Below, piece after piece: positions 1 to 10,239 of a stretch of DNA of 64,000 nt. The DNA comes from an uncultured delta proteobacterium. Lineage in GTDB: Bacteria > Desulfobacterota > Desulfobacteria > Desulfobacterales > Desulfatirhabdiaceae. The stretch spans positions 1 through 64,000 of the forward strand of contig CAWBKP010000019.1 in assembly GCA_963789395.1 (NCBI GenBank), in the 5' to 3' direction. Within the stretch, counting starts at the first letter, position 1; each line of letters opens with the position of its first letter. The notes beneath the pieces are model-generated. The model searched no databases. It saw only the letters and a program-made list of their open reading frames with translations, and had not been told where the DNA came from. The position numbers were made by a program, and so were the translations under genes.

Positions 1-436
1 ATGACCGAGTTTGAACCCAAAATCGTAAGTTTTCTATGCAACTGGTGCAGCTACGGCGCGGCGGACCTGGCCGGGGTCAGCCGTATGGAATACCCTCCCA
101 ATATCCGGGTGATCCGCATTCCCTGCACGGGCCGCATGAGCCCCAAATTTTTCCTCTCGGCCCTGAGTGAAGGGGCCGACGCCGTCTGGGTATCCGGGTG
201 ACACCCCGGCGAATGCCATTACCTGGAAGGTAATTATTATGCCCGAAGAAAATTCGACTTTTATGAAAAATCTTACTGGAGCATATCGGCATTGAGCCGG
301 GCCGACTTCATTTCTCCTGGATTTCTTCGGCAGAATCCACCAAGTTTGTCGAGGTGGTCAAGAAAATCACGGAAAAGGTCAAGGCCCTGGGCCCAAATAC
401 AAAATTTATCAAAAGCAAGCAGCTAAGGTGGCTTAA
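1..436 (+). CDS. flxD: MvhD/FlxD-type Fe-S subunit, selenoprotein (TGA 199-201 = Sec); frameshifts in the 3' half are probably sequencing errors
   Basis: [18 protein letters not shown], then [24 protein letters not shown] continues in frame, matching the MvhD GCHPGECHY motif. Likely stop TAA 434-436. Confidence 0.85.
218..234 (+). promoter_or_regulatory. Bacterial SECIS-like hairpin for flxD UGA recoding
   Basis: ATTACC-TGGAA-GGTAAT, a perfect 6-bp stem starting 16 nt after the in-frame TGA. Confidence 0.7.
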
Positions 437-437
437 C

Positions 438-1393
438 ATGACAGCATATACAGATAAAATCAAAGAAATCGCCAAGCGGCTCCTGAAAGAAGAAGGTCGA
501 CATGATCATCGGGTTCCGAAAGGGATCCGTGCCCATGATGAATCGAACCCTGTTTTATCCGTACAGCCGGAAGAAGTGCAATGAACTGATATGGGACAGC
601 AACTGCGGCATCAATCTGGCCAATTATCTGACCGACCGGAAGGAAAAAATCGGGATTGTCGCCAAAGGATGCGATTCCCGAAACATCGTAACCCATATCA
701 TTGAAAACAAGATCAAACGGGAACAGCTTTATATTATCGGCGTTCCCTGCACGGGCATGATGGATAAGCGATAAAATCACACGCCATGTCGGAGACGACA
801 TTACTGGATGTGAAGAATACGGTGATTCCCTGAAAATCAAATTTCAGGGAACGGCGTTTAAAAGAGCCTTAAAAAAGCGATGTGCTTCAGGAAAACTGCG
901 CGGCCTGCCTCCACCGAAATCCGGTAATCTATGATGAACTGGTCGGGGAGCTGGTGCCGGAACAGACGAACGTGGACCGTTATGCCGATGTCAACAGGGT
1001 TGAGGCCATGTCGACCGAAGAAAAATGGAAGTATTTTGAAGACCTGATCTCACCCTGCATCCGATGCTATGCCTGCCGAAACGCCTGTCCGCTTTGCTAT
1101 TGCCCGACATGTTTTGTGGACGAATCCAGACCCCAGTGGGTGGGTAAAAGCCAGGATCCCGATAGACATCCGGACCTTTCATTTTTTAAGGGCCTACCAT
1201 TGCGCCGGCAGGTGCACGGATTGCGGCGCCTGTGAACGGGCCTGCCCCGTGGGGATCAAGGTCAGGCAATTTACCAACAAACTCAACAAGGACGTGTCTC
1301 GACATGTTTGGATGGGAAGCCGGCATGACCCTGGATGAGCGGCCACCGCTGGATACGTACAAACCGAATGACCCCAACGATTTTATTAAATAA
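438..1393 (+). CDS. flxC: FlxC-like 4Fe-4S protein, split by several frameshifts
   Basis: Fragments MTAYTDKIKEIAKRLL, IGIVAKGCDSR, CIRCYACRNACPLCYCPTC and HCAGRCTDCGACERACP lie in successive frames; position between flxD and flxB. Confidence 0.75.
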
Positions 1394-1408
1394 ATAAGGT
1401 CTGTCACC

Positions 1409-2468
1409 ATGAAAGTTTTCACCATCGACAAAAAAGATTGGGACGCCGGCATTGAAAAGGCGAAATCGACTTACCAGGTGTTCGGTCCTGTAAAAGAAAA
1501 AGAGTGGCACAGTTCAAGGCCCTCGCTAAGGATGAAAAACCGGACATGACTTTCTCAGAACACCCGGCTTTCTCCGAAATCGCTGGTTCATCCGCAGATC
1601 GGAGGCGATGTTTACCTATACCCTGGATGAAAGCCAGCCGGAACATCACATTCTGAAAGAAGTTGAAAAAGGATGTACAGCCCCAAGGCTGTGGTCGGTA
1701 TCCGGCCCTGCGATGCCCCGGCATTTCTGCTGGTAAGGCGGAATTTCGACACCCCCGAATATCAGGATCCATACTGGCTTAAGGCTTACAACGCCATGAC
1801 CTTTGTGGGGTTTGCCTGCAATGATCCCTGCGCCACCTGTTTTTGTACATCCGCCGGATGCGGCCCCTTTCATGAGGAAGGCCTGGATGTGCTGCTGGTG
1901 GATGCCGGAGAACGATATCTGGCAAAATCCCTCACGGAAAAGGCAAAGCATTTGCGGCCGCCGCCGGATGGAAAGCGCAGGCCGATGATGCCGGAAAAAT
2001 AGATGCCCTGAAACAGGCGGCTGAATCCAGGATCGGCTCCCGGGTTTCAACAGAGAACCTCAGAGCCAAAGAAACCACGAAATCTATGATGCGCCGTTCT
2101 GGGAAGATACGGCTTTTTCCTGCATCAATTGCGGTACCTGCACCTATTCCTGCCCCACCTGCTGGTGTTTTGATATTCAGGATGAAAACCAGGGAAACTC
2201 GGGAGTCCGGATGAGGAACTGGGACAGCTGCATGTTTCCCCTGTTTACCATTCATGGATCCGGCCATAACCCCAGGGAGCAAAAATACAGCGGGTGACGC
2301 CAGCGGTTCATGCACAAGCTGAAATATTATGTGGACAAATATGATAACGGGATCCAGTGCGTGGGCTGCGGCCGGTGCATCCGCCTCTGTCCGGTTAACA
2401 TTGATATTCGGAAAGTATGCAACCAGATGAATGATTATGATCCCGCAGCCTGCGTCTGCCCGGCATAG
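1409..2468 (+). CDS. flxB: FlxB-like (AsrA-like) 4Fe-4S protein, split by frameshifts
   Basis: GIRPCD, CNDPCATCFC, CINCGTCTYSCPTCWCFDIQD, RNWDSCMF and CVGCGRCIRLCPVNIDIR motifs; TAG 2466-2468. Confidence 0.75.
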
Positions 2469-2487
2469 CCAGAAAAGGGGGTGTACT

Positions 2488-3336
2488 GTGCAAAATCCAT
2501 ATTTACCATATCCGGTTCGGATTGATGAAATCACCATCGAAACCGAAGACAAGAGTCTGAAAACATTCAAATTTGTTTTTCTCAACCCCGAGGATGAAGA
2601 AAAATTCGCTTACAAAGCCGGGCAGTTCGCGGAGCTGTCCGTCACCGGAAAAGGGGAGATCCCCATCGGGATCGCTTCTTCTCCCACTGAAAAAGGATTC
2701 GTCAAATTCACGGTTCGAACAAGGTGGGCCTGGTGTCCACCTATCTGCACTCCATGAAAGTAGGCGACATCATGGGAATTCGGGGGCCTCTGGGCAATTC
2801 GTTTCCCTGGGAAACCCTGGAAGGAAAAAACGTGGTCATCATCGGCGGCGGTTTTGCCTTTACCACACTGAGGTCTTCCATCATCTACATGCTGGATCCG
2901 GCCAATCGCGCCAAATTTAAAGACATCAATGTGATTTACGGCGCAAGATCACCCGGCATGCTTCTGTATAAGGATGAACTGGCCGCCTGGGCCCAGCCGC
3001 GATGATATTCACATGAACATCACCGTGGATGCGGCAAATGATCCCAGCTGGAAATACAATGTAGGATTTGTGCCGACCATCACCGAGCAAAAAGCCCCGG
3101 AGGCGGGGGAGGACACCTATGCCATCGTCTGCGGGCCGCCCATCATGATCAAATTCACCCAACCGGTCCTGGACAAGATGGGATATGCGCATGATCATAT
3201 CATCATGTCCCTGGAAAACCGGATGAAATGCGGCATCGGCATGTGCGGCCGGTGCAATATGGGAAAAGAATTCGTCTGTAAGGACGGCCCGGTGTTTACC
3301 CTGTCGCAGTTGAATGCCATGCCTAAGGAATATTAA
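2488..3336 (+). CDS. flxA: FlxA FAD/NAD(P)-binding subunit (PyrK/AsrB-like); frameshifts near 2720 and 2995
   Basis: GQFAEL..GEIPIGIASSP, RGPLGN, GGGFAFTTLRS, VCGPPIMIK, MKCGIGMCGRCN..VCKDGPVF. Confidence 0.85.
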
Positions 3337-3420
3337 CAGTTTAAAGTAGTTACGTTGAATGGTGTTGTCGCGCAGATATTCTCTGGCTTGGGCTTTAAGC
3401 GTGTTTTCAATTTTTTCATA

Positions 3421-3447
3421 TTGACAATATCCGGTCGATGTTATAGT
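3421..3447 (+). promoter_or_regulatory. Putative sigma70 promoter of dsrC
   Basis: TTGACA 3421-3426 and extended -10 TGnTATAGT 3439-3447 (15-nt spacer); AAGGAGG SD before ATG 3519. Confidence 0.45.
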
Positions 3448-3518
3448 TGAATTAACTTATTCAATAAGATTGCAGGCAGAATGCCATTAGAATAAAACTA
3501 AACCAAGGAGGAATGTAA

Positions 3519-3836
3519 ATGCCAGAAATCGAATTTCAGGGAACAACGTTTGTGGTCGATGAAGACGGTTTTATTGATTCATACACCAACTGGTCGGAAG
3601 CTTGGGTGCAGTTCGTGAAAAAAGAAGAAGGTATCGACGAACTGAACGAGGAACACCGCAAGGTTATCGATATGCTGAGAGAGTACTATGAAAAGAACGG
3701 GATTGCCCCGATGGTTCGCGTACTTTCCAAAGTTACCGGCTTCAAACTGAAACACATCTACGAGCTGTTTCCGTCAGGCCCGGGCAAAGGAGCCTGTAAA
3801 ATGGCCGGCCTTCCGAAACCGACCGGCTGCGTCTAA
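3519..3836 (+). CDS. dsrC: Dissimilatory sulfite reductase partner DsrC (TusE/DsrC family, both C-terminal Cys present)
   Basis: VDEDGF, GIAPMVR, LFPSGPGKGACKMAGLPKPTGCV C-terminal arm. Confidence 0.95.
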   Translation: MPEIEFQGTTFVVDEDGFIDSYTNWSEAWVQFVKKEEGIDELNEEHRKVIDMLREYYEKNGIAPMVRVLSKVTGFKLKHIYELFPSGPGKGACKMAGLPKPTGCV

Positions 3837-3849
3837 TTTTTTTTGTTTT

Positions 3850-3913
3850 GAAGGCTGAAATACAGCCTTCAGCTTTATTAAAGGTTCTGCAAGCAATTGC
3901 AGGACCTTTTTTA
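3850..3913 (+). terminator. Tandem hairpins / intrinsic terminator after dsrC
   Basis: GAAGGCTG-AAATA-CAGCCTTC, then AAAGGTTCTGCAA-GCAA-TTGCAGGACCTTT followed by a T-run. Confidence 0.7.
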
Positions 3914-4125
3914 TGTACTACCTCAAACTCGCCAACGTAGCGGGGTATTCGGGGCGTTTTGCAGGTGCCTGCGCGATACAAAACTGTTCTTGACACCATT
4001 CAGGGCAGATGCTAGACAATGCAAATAAAATATTCTTTTTGTCATTTCTTTGTTAATTGATTCCAGCAGCCATTATATGCCCCTTCTGGTTGAACCGTTT
4101 TCCAGCAGTGCAAATGGAGTCCATC

Positions 4126-4569
4126 ATGAAGGTACTAACGGCTCCGAGAATGGAACGATGCATTGGTTGCCATTCCTGTTCCCTGGCCTGTGCACGCCTG
4201 GTGCACAGGCGCCTTTCCTGGGATACGGCGGGCATCCGCATCCGTTCCTCCGGAGGACTCTCCACGGGTTTTGAGGCCAGGACCTGCCTGGCATGCCGAC
4301 CCGCCCCCTGTGCCATGGCCTGCCCCACGGGGGCATATTCCCAGCGAAAGGGCGGCGGGGTAATCGTCAAAAAAGCCCTTTGCATCACCTGCGGAGCATG
4401 CCAGAAGGCCTGTCCCGTGGATGCGATCCACCTTGAACCGGCGGGCGAGCCCTTTGTCTGCATTCACTGCGGCCGCTGCGTATCCTTCTGTCCGCATGAC
4501 TGCCTTGAACTGGTGGAAATCGCGCTATTGCCGGAGGATGGGCAACCCCGTGCGGAGGCAACGGAATGA
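4126..4569 (+). CDS. 4Fe-4S dicluster protein, small subunit accompanying the AOR
   Basis: CIGCHSCSLAC, CLACRPAPCAMACP, CITCGACQKACP, CIHCGRCVSFCP; GGAG SD; overlaps the AOR start. Confidence 0.85.
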   Translation: MKVLTAPRMERCIGCHSCSLACARLVHRRLSWDTAGIRIRSSGGLSTGFEARTCLACRPAPCAMACPTGAYSQRKGGGVIVKKALCITCGACQKACPVDAIHLEPAGEPFVCIHCGRCVSFCPHDCLELVEIALLPEDGQPRAEATE

Positions 4570-6315
4570 TCCGGGAATATTTCAGGACCCTCGTTGTGGA
4601 TCTGGCCACCGGCCGGGGCAAGGTGGTGAAAGTCGACGGCAGGAACACCGTTATCGGCGGCAGCGGGCTTGCCGCCACACTGTTTAACGCCTACGGCCAT
4701 GCGGAGCGTCCCTGGGACGACCCGCAGCAGCCGCTGATCTTTGCAGTGGGGCCGCTTACCGGCTATTTTCCGCTTATGAGCAAGACCGTCTGCGCCTTCA
4801 AGTCCCCCTACCATGACCAGTATGCGGAGAGCCACGCAGGCGGCCGCAGCGCCCTTGCCCTGAGGTTTGCCGACCTGGATGCCCTGGTAATTACCGGCAA
4901 AGCTCCGGAGCCATCCTGCCTCAGCATCGGCTCGCGTCATCTGGAAGTCAGGCAGGTTCCCTATCTGTGGGGCATGGATGTCGCAGCCACCGGCAAATAT
5001 CTGCGCCGCATGTTTACGGGGTCCGGCCACCGCAGCATCCTTCGGATCGGTCCTGCCGGGGAGAGCGGCTATGCCCATGGCCTGCATCAACGTCGATACC
5101 TACCGCCATTTCGGCCGCCTGGGCGGCGGCGGCGCCATGGGCATCAAGAACTTGAAGGGCATCGTCATTCAGGGGGATGCGGCCTTTCTCCTTCCCGAGA
5201 ACCGAAAATATCCCGATCTCTTCCAGGAAGTCCACCGCAGGGTGACCCGGACGGACATGATGAGCAAATACCATAATTTCGGTACGGCCATCAACGTTGC
5301 CATGCTGAACGAGCTTAAGGCCCTGCCGTGCCGCAACCTGCAGCAGACCCATGAACCGGATATCGGCGGCATAACCGGGGAGCGCTTTGCCGATGAAACG
5401 CTTCTTCGAAATGCGGCCTGCTCGGGGTGTCCCGTGGGCTGCATTCACATCGGGTTTGTCAGAGAAAAATACGCGGCGGAAAACCAGTACCTCTATCGAC
5501 AGGTTTCGTATGACCACGAGCCGGTATTTGCGACCGGAGCCATGCTCGGCGTGGATCAAACTTTCAAGGTTCTCACGCTCATCGATGCCTGCGAAAAGGC
5601 GGGGCTCGATGTCATGTCCGCGGGCGTGGCCCTGGCATGGGCCGCGGAAGCGCATGAAAAAGGGATCATCACTGATAAGGAGACGCTCATACCTTTGAAA
5701 ATGGGCGATGCGGATGCGTTTCGGCAGGCCATTTTCAATCTCGGAGCCGGCGCGAACGATTTTTACAGGCTTCTGGGGCAGGGCACCCTGAAGGCAGCCG
5801 GACATTATGGCGGAGCTGATTTTGCCTGCGTGCTCGGCCAGGAGATGGCCGGATACGCCACCGGAGAAGTTTTCTTCGTTTCCCAGGCGCTCGGCCTGAG
5901 ACATTCACACCTGGATACCGGAGGCTACGCCTACGACCAGAAGACGGAAGACAGGAACGTTGAAAACGCCGTCGCGTTTCTGGAAAAAGACGAACAGGAC
6001 AGGGTGCTTCTCACCGCCATGGTGGCCTGCCTGTTTTCGCGCAGCGTCTACACCGACGCGCTGCTTTCCGAATGTCTGCATTGCCTGGGGTATGATAAAC
6101 TTGCGGATAACATCGGGCCGGCCTCACGCCATATCCAGAAAATTCGATGGCGGACCCGCGTTGCAACCGGGTTTGATCCGCGGACAGTTCACATTCCCAA
6201 ACGATTTTCGGAAGTCACGACGTGGAAAGGTCCGGTTGACGCTGTGTTTCTTCAGGCCCTCAAAGACGCCTATGCCGTGCGCATTCTGGAACTGGCAAAG
6301 GATGATACGGCGTGA
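4566..6315 (+). CDS. aor: Aldehyde:ferredoxin oxidoreductase family protein; one frameshift near 5075
   Basis: GGSGLA, GPLTG, KSP..YAESHAGG, IGPAGE, GRLGGGGAMGIKNLKGI, ACSGCPVGC, GLDVMSAG. Confidence 0.85.
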
Positions 6316-7361
6316 TCCTGTTCCGGGTATTTCTGCTTGTCCTGTTGCATGCGTATTTCTCAAGCGCAGTGTGTCCGGCGGCGGATCGCACGGGCCCGGC
6401 TGTTACAGACGCATCTGCCCCGGGCGGGATCACGTTCGGTTCCCGAATCATCCTATCGACGCTGTGGACGCCTGAAGAATTGATGGGAAAGCCTGAAGAC
6501 AAACAGGTTGTCCGGCAGAAAAATCCGGACTCGCCGCAGCGCCTGATTCCAGAAAGCATTCATGCGCCGCTAAGTCCGGAATTTCAGAATTCCATTCGCC
6601 ACGTCCAGCCTGTCGGGGGTCAAAAAGTCGTGGCCCTGACATTTGATCTCTGCGAGTCGGCAAACGAGAAATCCGGATATGATGCCGATATCGTCAATTA
6701 CCTGCGGGAAAATCACATCAAGGCGACATTCTTTGCGGGCGGCAAATGGATGCGTTCGCATCCCGAGAAAACCATGCAGCTGATTGCGGACCCGCTGTTT
6801 GAGGTCGGCAATCATTCCTGGAGTCATGCCAATTTCAGGATGATTGATGCCGGGCGCGCGGAAGCGCAGATTCTAAGGACCCAGGCCCAATATGAACTGC
6901 TCCGGGAAAGGCTCCGGGAAAGGGTGATCGCCAAGCAGATGGACCCCTCGGAAATGAACAGAATCCCCGCTACGCCCCTGCTTTTCCGGTTTCCCTATGG
7001 GGCCTGTGATTCCCGCGCTCTGGATATCCTGAGACAACAGGGTCTGCCTGCGATCCAGTGGGATGTGGTCACCGGAGATCCGTCCAGGGACAGCACGCCG
7101 CAGATGATCGCGAACGTGGTTTTAAATCAGACCCGGCCCGGCTCCATTATCGTTTGCCACGCTAACGGCCGAGGTTACGGAACCGCCCGGTCCCTGCCAC
7201 TTTTTGTGCCGCAGCTGAGGGCCCGTGGATATGAGTTTGTCACGGTCAGCGAGCTGTTGACGTATGGTCCGGCGGTTTCCACCAGAGAATGTTATGAACG
7301 CGTGCCAGGAGACAATCTGCATTATGACGGAAAAACCGGAAAGCCGGGCAGCGCCCCCTGA
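6312..7361 (+). CDS. Secreted polysaccharide deacetylase (NodB/CE4) family protein
   Basis: Signal-like N-terminus; VALTFD, ATFF, GNHSWSH, FRFPYG, GSIIVCH, GYEFVTVSELL. Confidence 0.85.
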   Translation: MILFRVFLLVLLHAYFSSAVCPAADRTGPAVTDASAPGGITFGSRIILSTLWTPEELMGKPEDKQVVRQKNPDSPQRLIPESIHAPLSPEFQNSIRHVQPVGGQKVVALTFDLCESANEKSGYDADIVNYLRENHIKATFFAGGKWMRSHPEKTMQLIADPLFEVGNHSWSHANFRMIDAGRAEAQILRTQAQYELLRERLRERVIAKQMDPSEMNRIPATPLLFRFPYGACDSRALDILRQQGLPAIQWDVVTGDPSRDSTPQMIANVVLNQTRPGSIIVCHANGRGYGTARSLPLFVPQLRARGYEFVTVSELLTYGPAVSTRECYERVPGDNLHYDGKTGKPGSAP

Positions 7362-7855
7362 AAAGCCGTTTGCGGAAAACCGCTACAATCTGGCCTCATG
7401 CGAGTTGCAGCGGCTGGATGACCAGCGTGCCGGTTTGATCAGCGGCAACCTGGTCTTGCAGGATCCCTGGTTGCGGCTGGGTTATTCGGAAGAAGGCCTG
7501 TTTCGCTATCTGTCCGGCACGGATCCGTCCCTGAATCGTTACGCGGTTGTCGTCTCCGGAAAGACGACCGGTGTGGTCTGTGTCCGATACCCCTGGCTGC
7601 GGGGGCCGTATCTGGAGTTGCTGGCTGTTTTTCCAGTCGTATCAAGGCAGGGGCATCGGCCGGGTGATTGTCGGCTGGATGGCGGATGCATGTCTTGGTG
7701 TTTCAAACAACATCTGGACGACGGTCTCTTCCTTTAATACCCGGGCGCTTGCCTTTTACAGGAATCTCGGGTTTGCCGAGATTGCGGCGTTGCCGGATCT
7801 TGTGGCAGACGGCATGTGTGAAATCTTACTGCGAAAGCTGCTGAAATGCCCCTGA
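7324..7855 (+). CDS. GNAT family N-acetyltransferase; frameshift near 7637
   Basis: YLELLAVF, then YQGRGIGR and FNTRALAFYRNLGF in the next frame. Confidence 0.7.
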
Positions 7856-8424
7856 GCGACTATTATGAAACACATGCCGGCGATTACCACGACAAGACGT
7901 TCTCGGCAGATCCATCCATATTTTTATCCCCCTTTGTGAGGCGTCTTCCCCTTGGGTCCCGAATTCTGGATATCGGCTGCGGTTCGGGCCGGGATTTGCT
8001 CTGGCTGAAACAGCGCGGATTTGAACCCACCGGATTCGAGCGATCCGCTTCGCTGGCAAGGCTTGCCAGAAGACACAGCGGGTGTCCGGTAATCGAGGGG
8101 GATCTGGAGACATTTGATTTTTCGACGGGGTCATGGAATGCCGTCATGCTGGTCGGATCGCTGGTGCATATTCCCCATGAGCGGTTTCTTTCCGTAATGC
8201 AAAAAATCCTCTCCGGTTTTTCTTCCCCCTGTGTGATACTTTTGACGCTGAAAGAAGGCGATGGCGAAATCCACTGCGCGGACGGCAGAATATTTTATCT
8301 GTGGAACGACACTGCACTCAGAGATATTTTTGCCCGCATGAACCTGGAGATGGCATCGTTTTTCAGAAACGTATCCGCTATCGGGAGCAAGGAGCCGTGG
8401 CTGGGATATGTATTAAAAAAATAA
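7846..8424 (+). CDS. Class I SAM-dependent methyltransferase
   Basis: ILDIGCGSGRD motif I; SLVHIP. Confidence 0.85.
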   Translation: MPLSDYYETHAGDYHDKTFSADPSIFLSPFVRRLPLGSRILDIGCGSGRDLLWLKQRGFEPTGFERSASLARLARRHSGCPVIEGDLETFDFSTGSWNAVMLVGSLVHIPHERFLSVMQKILSGFSSPCVILLTLKEGDGEIHCADGRIFYLWNDTALRDIFARMNLEMASFFRNVSAIGSKEPWLGYVLKK

Positions 8425-8556
8425 GAAATTGAATTTTTCGCCGGATTGTTTTAGATTCAGCAAATAGGCAAATACTTAAGATTGCCGAATTTTGGGTGTT
8501 CTGTTTTGGTGCGTGGCATCAAGCGATGATTCCATATGAAACTGCGGTGAACAACC

Positions 8557-8955
8557 ATGGAAATTATCAGTCTGACATCCCGGTTACAGGATGAATTCAT
8601 CGATATCACGGAGCGGGTGCAGCAGGTGGTGACATCTGCAGGAAATCTTAACCAGGGCTATTGCATGCTGTTTGTTCCGCATACCACGGCAGGCATTACC
8701 ATCAATGAAAGCGCAGATCCCAGCGTCAAGTCCGATATCCTGATGATGCTGAACACGCTGATTCCCCGGGAAGCCGGATATCGCCATCTGGAGGGCAATT
8801 CTGCGGCGCATGTCAAATCGACGCTGGTTGGCGCATCGCAGCTGGTGGCGATCGCAAATAACCGGCTGGTGCTGGGTACCTGGCAGGGGATTTTTTTCTG
8901 CGAATTCGATGGCCCCCGCAACCGCAAGGTGCATGTTCATCTGTTCAATTCATAA
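8557..8955 (+). CDS. yjbQ: YjbQ / UPF0047 (secondary thiamine-phosphate synthase family)
   Basis: PHTTAGITINE.ADP.V..D, GNSAAHVK, LGTWQGIFFCEFDGPRNR. Confidence 0.92.
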   Translation: MEIISLTSRLQDEFIDITERVQQVVTSAGNLNQGYCMLFVPHTTAGITINESADPSVKSDILMMLNTLIPREAGYRHLEGNSAAHVKSTLVGASQLVAIANNRLVLGTWQGIFFCEFDGPRNRKVHVHLFNS

Positions 8956-9047
8956 TTTCACGATCAGATGGCGGCTGGGCCATCTGGTCGATCCGTACGA
9001 GTGAGTTATTTTCCCGGACGGTTTTTTACGCTGGAGGCTCATGTTTC

Positions 9048-9503
9048 ATGTCCCAATTTGACGATATGGATAAAGAAATCCTGAACCGGATACAGTCTGA
9101 TTTTCCGATCACACCGCGCCCTTTTCTGGCGATTGCCGAAGATCTGGGTTTGACGGAGGAGGCGGTGATCGAATGCGTAACCCGGCTTAAAGATTCCGGC
9201 ATCATTCGAAGAATCGGCGGTAATTTTGTTCCTGGAAAACTGGGGTTTGTCAGCACGCTATGCGCTGCAAAAGTCCCGGAAGATAAAATTGACGCATTCG
9301 CCGGTCTGGTAAATCAATTTCCCGGTGTGACCCATAATTATCAGCGGGATGACGCATTCAACATCTGGTTCACCTTTATTGCACCTTCGATGACTGAAAT
9401 CGAGGAAAACCTGAAAATCATATCCCGGACAACCGGTATTACCGATATTTTAAATTTGCCGGCCACAAACGTATTTAAGATCAAGGCGAAATTTGATATC
9501 TGA
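9048..9503 (+). CDS. ahbA: Siroheme decarboxylase alpha subunit (Lrp/AsnC-like, alternative heme biosynthesis)
   Basis: IQSDFPITPRPF, IIRRIGGNF, STLCAAKVP, VTHNYQR, FNIWFT. Confidence 0.85.
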   Translation: MSQFDDMDKEILNRIQSDFPITPRPFLAIAEDLGLTEEAVIECVTRLKDSGIIRRIGGNFVPGKLGFVSTLCAAKVPEDKIDAFAGLVNQFPGVTHNYQRDDAFNIWFTFIAPSMTEIEENLKIISRTTGITDILNLPATNVFKIKAKFDI

Positions 9504-9546
9504 AGCGGCACTGACGCTTTAGATGGTGGATCCGTATCGGGTGGCT

Positions 9547-10239
9547 ATGCAGATTGAATGTCAGGACATTTCCTATCAATATCCCCGGACCGATACCCGC
9601 GTATTTGATCATCTGAACTGCCGGGTGACCGGGCCGGGGTTTCATGCCCTTTTTGGCCAGTCCGGCCTGGGAAAAACAACCCTTGCGCGGATGATCGCAG
9701 GGGAATTGACCGGGTATTCCGGCCGGATCCAGTCCGGCCGGAATACCGAAGTTCTTTATACCCACAACATGGAACGGTTTCCGGGATGGGCCGGTATCGG
9801 GGACTTGATGGCATCCACAACGCCGGTTTCGGGCAGGGACAGGCTGCATGCGCTGGTGGATGCATTCGGCATCGATTCCGTCATGAATTCCAGATTCAGC
9901 CAGCTGTCTCTGGGACAGAAAAACCGGGCCAATCTGATCCGCTATCTGCTTCAGGAATTTGATCTGCTCATTATGGATGAAAGCCTGGCCAATGTGGACG
10001 AAACCACCCGCGGCCGCATCATCATCACCCTGAAAACCCTGTTCCCGGAAAAAAGCTTTTTGTATATTTCCCATAACATGATGGAAATCGCCAAATTCTG
10101 CAATCAGATCATCGTGCTGAGAAGTACTGAGAAGCATCCGCAAACCAAAGTGATTTCCGGGCAAAACCTGATGCGTGAAAGCGGTTTTGCGATGAAAGAC
10201 CTGGAGCAGACCATGCTGGAGATCGTTCATGCTTCATAG
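9547..10239 (+). CDS. ABC transporter ATP-binding protein (NitT/TauT-like)
   Basis: Walker A GQSGLGKTT; signature LSLGQK; Walker B LLIMDE. Confidence 0.85.
   Translation: MQIECQDISYQYPRTDTRVFDHLNCRVTGPGFHALFGQSGLGKTTLARMIAGELTGYSGRIQSGRNTEVLYTHNMERFPGWAGIGDLMASTTPVSGRDRLHALVDAFGIDSVMNSRFSQLSLGQKNRANLIRYLLQEFDLLIMDESLANVDETTRGRIIITLKTLFPEKSFLYISHNMMEIAKFCNQIIVLRSTEKHPQTKVISGQNLMRESGFAMKDLEQTMLEIVHAS

Noticed and set aside
438..3336. flx genes as true pseudogenes or programmed frameshifts
   Set aside because: All motifs are retained and similar indels hit unrelated genes (ald, aor, ABC ATPase), so sequencing error is the simpler explanation; no consistent slippery sites were seen.
9048..9503. 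Lrp/AsnC transcriptional regulator
   Set aside because: The motifs (DFP..PRPF, STLCAA, VTHNY.R, NIWFT) fit siroheme decarboxylase AhbA better.
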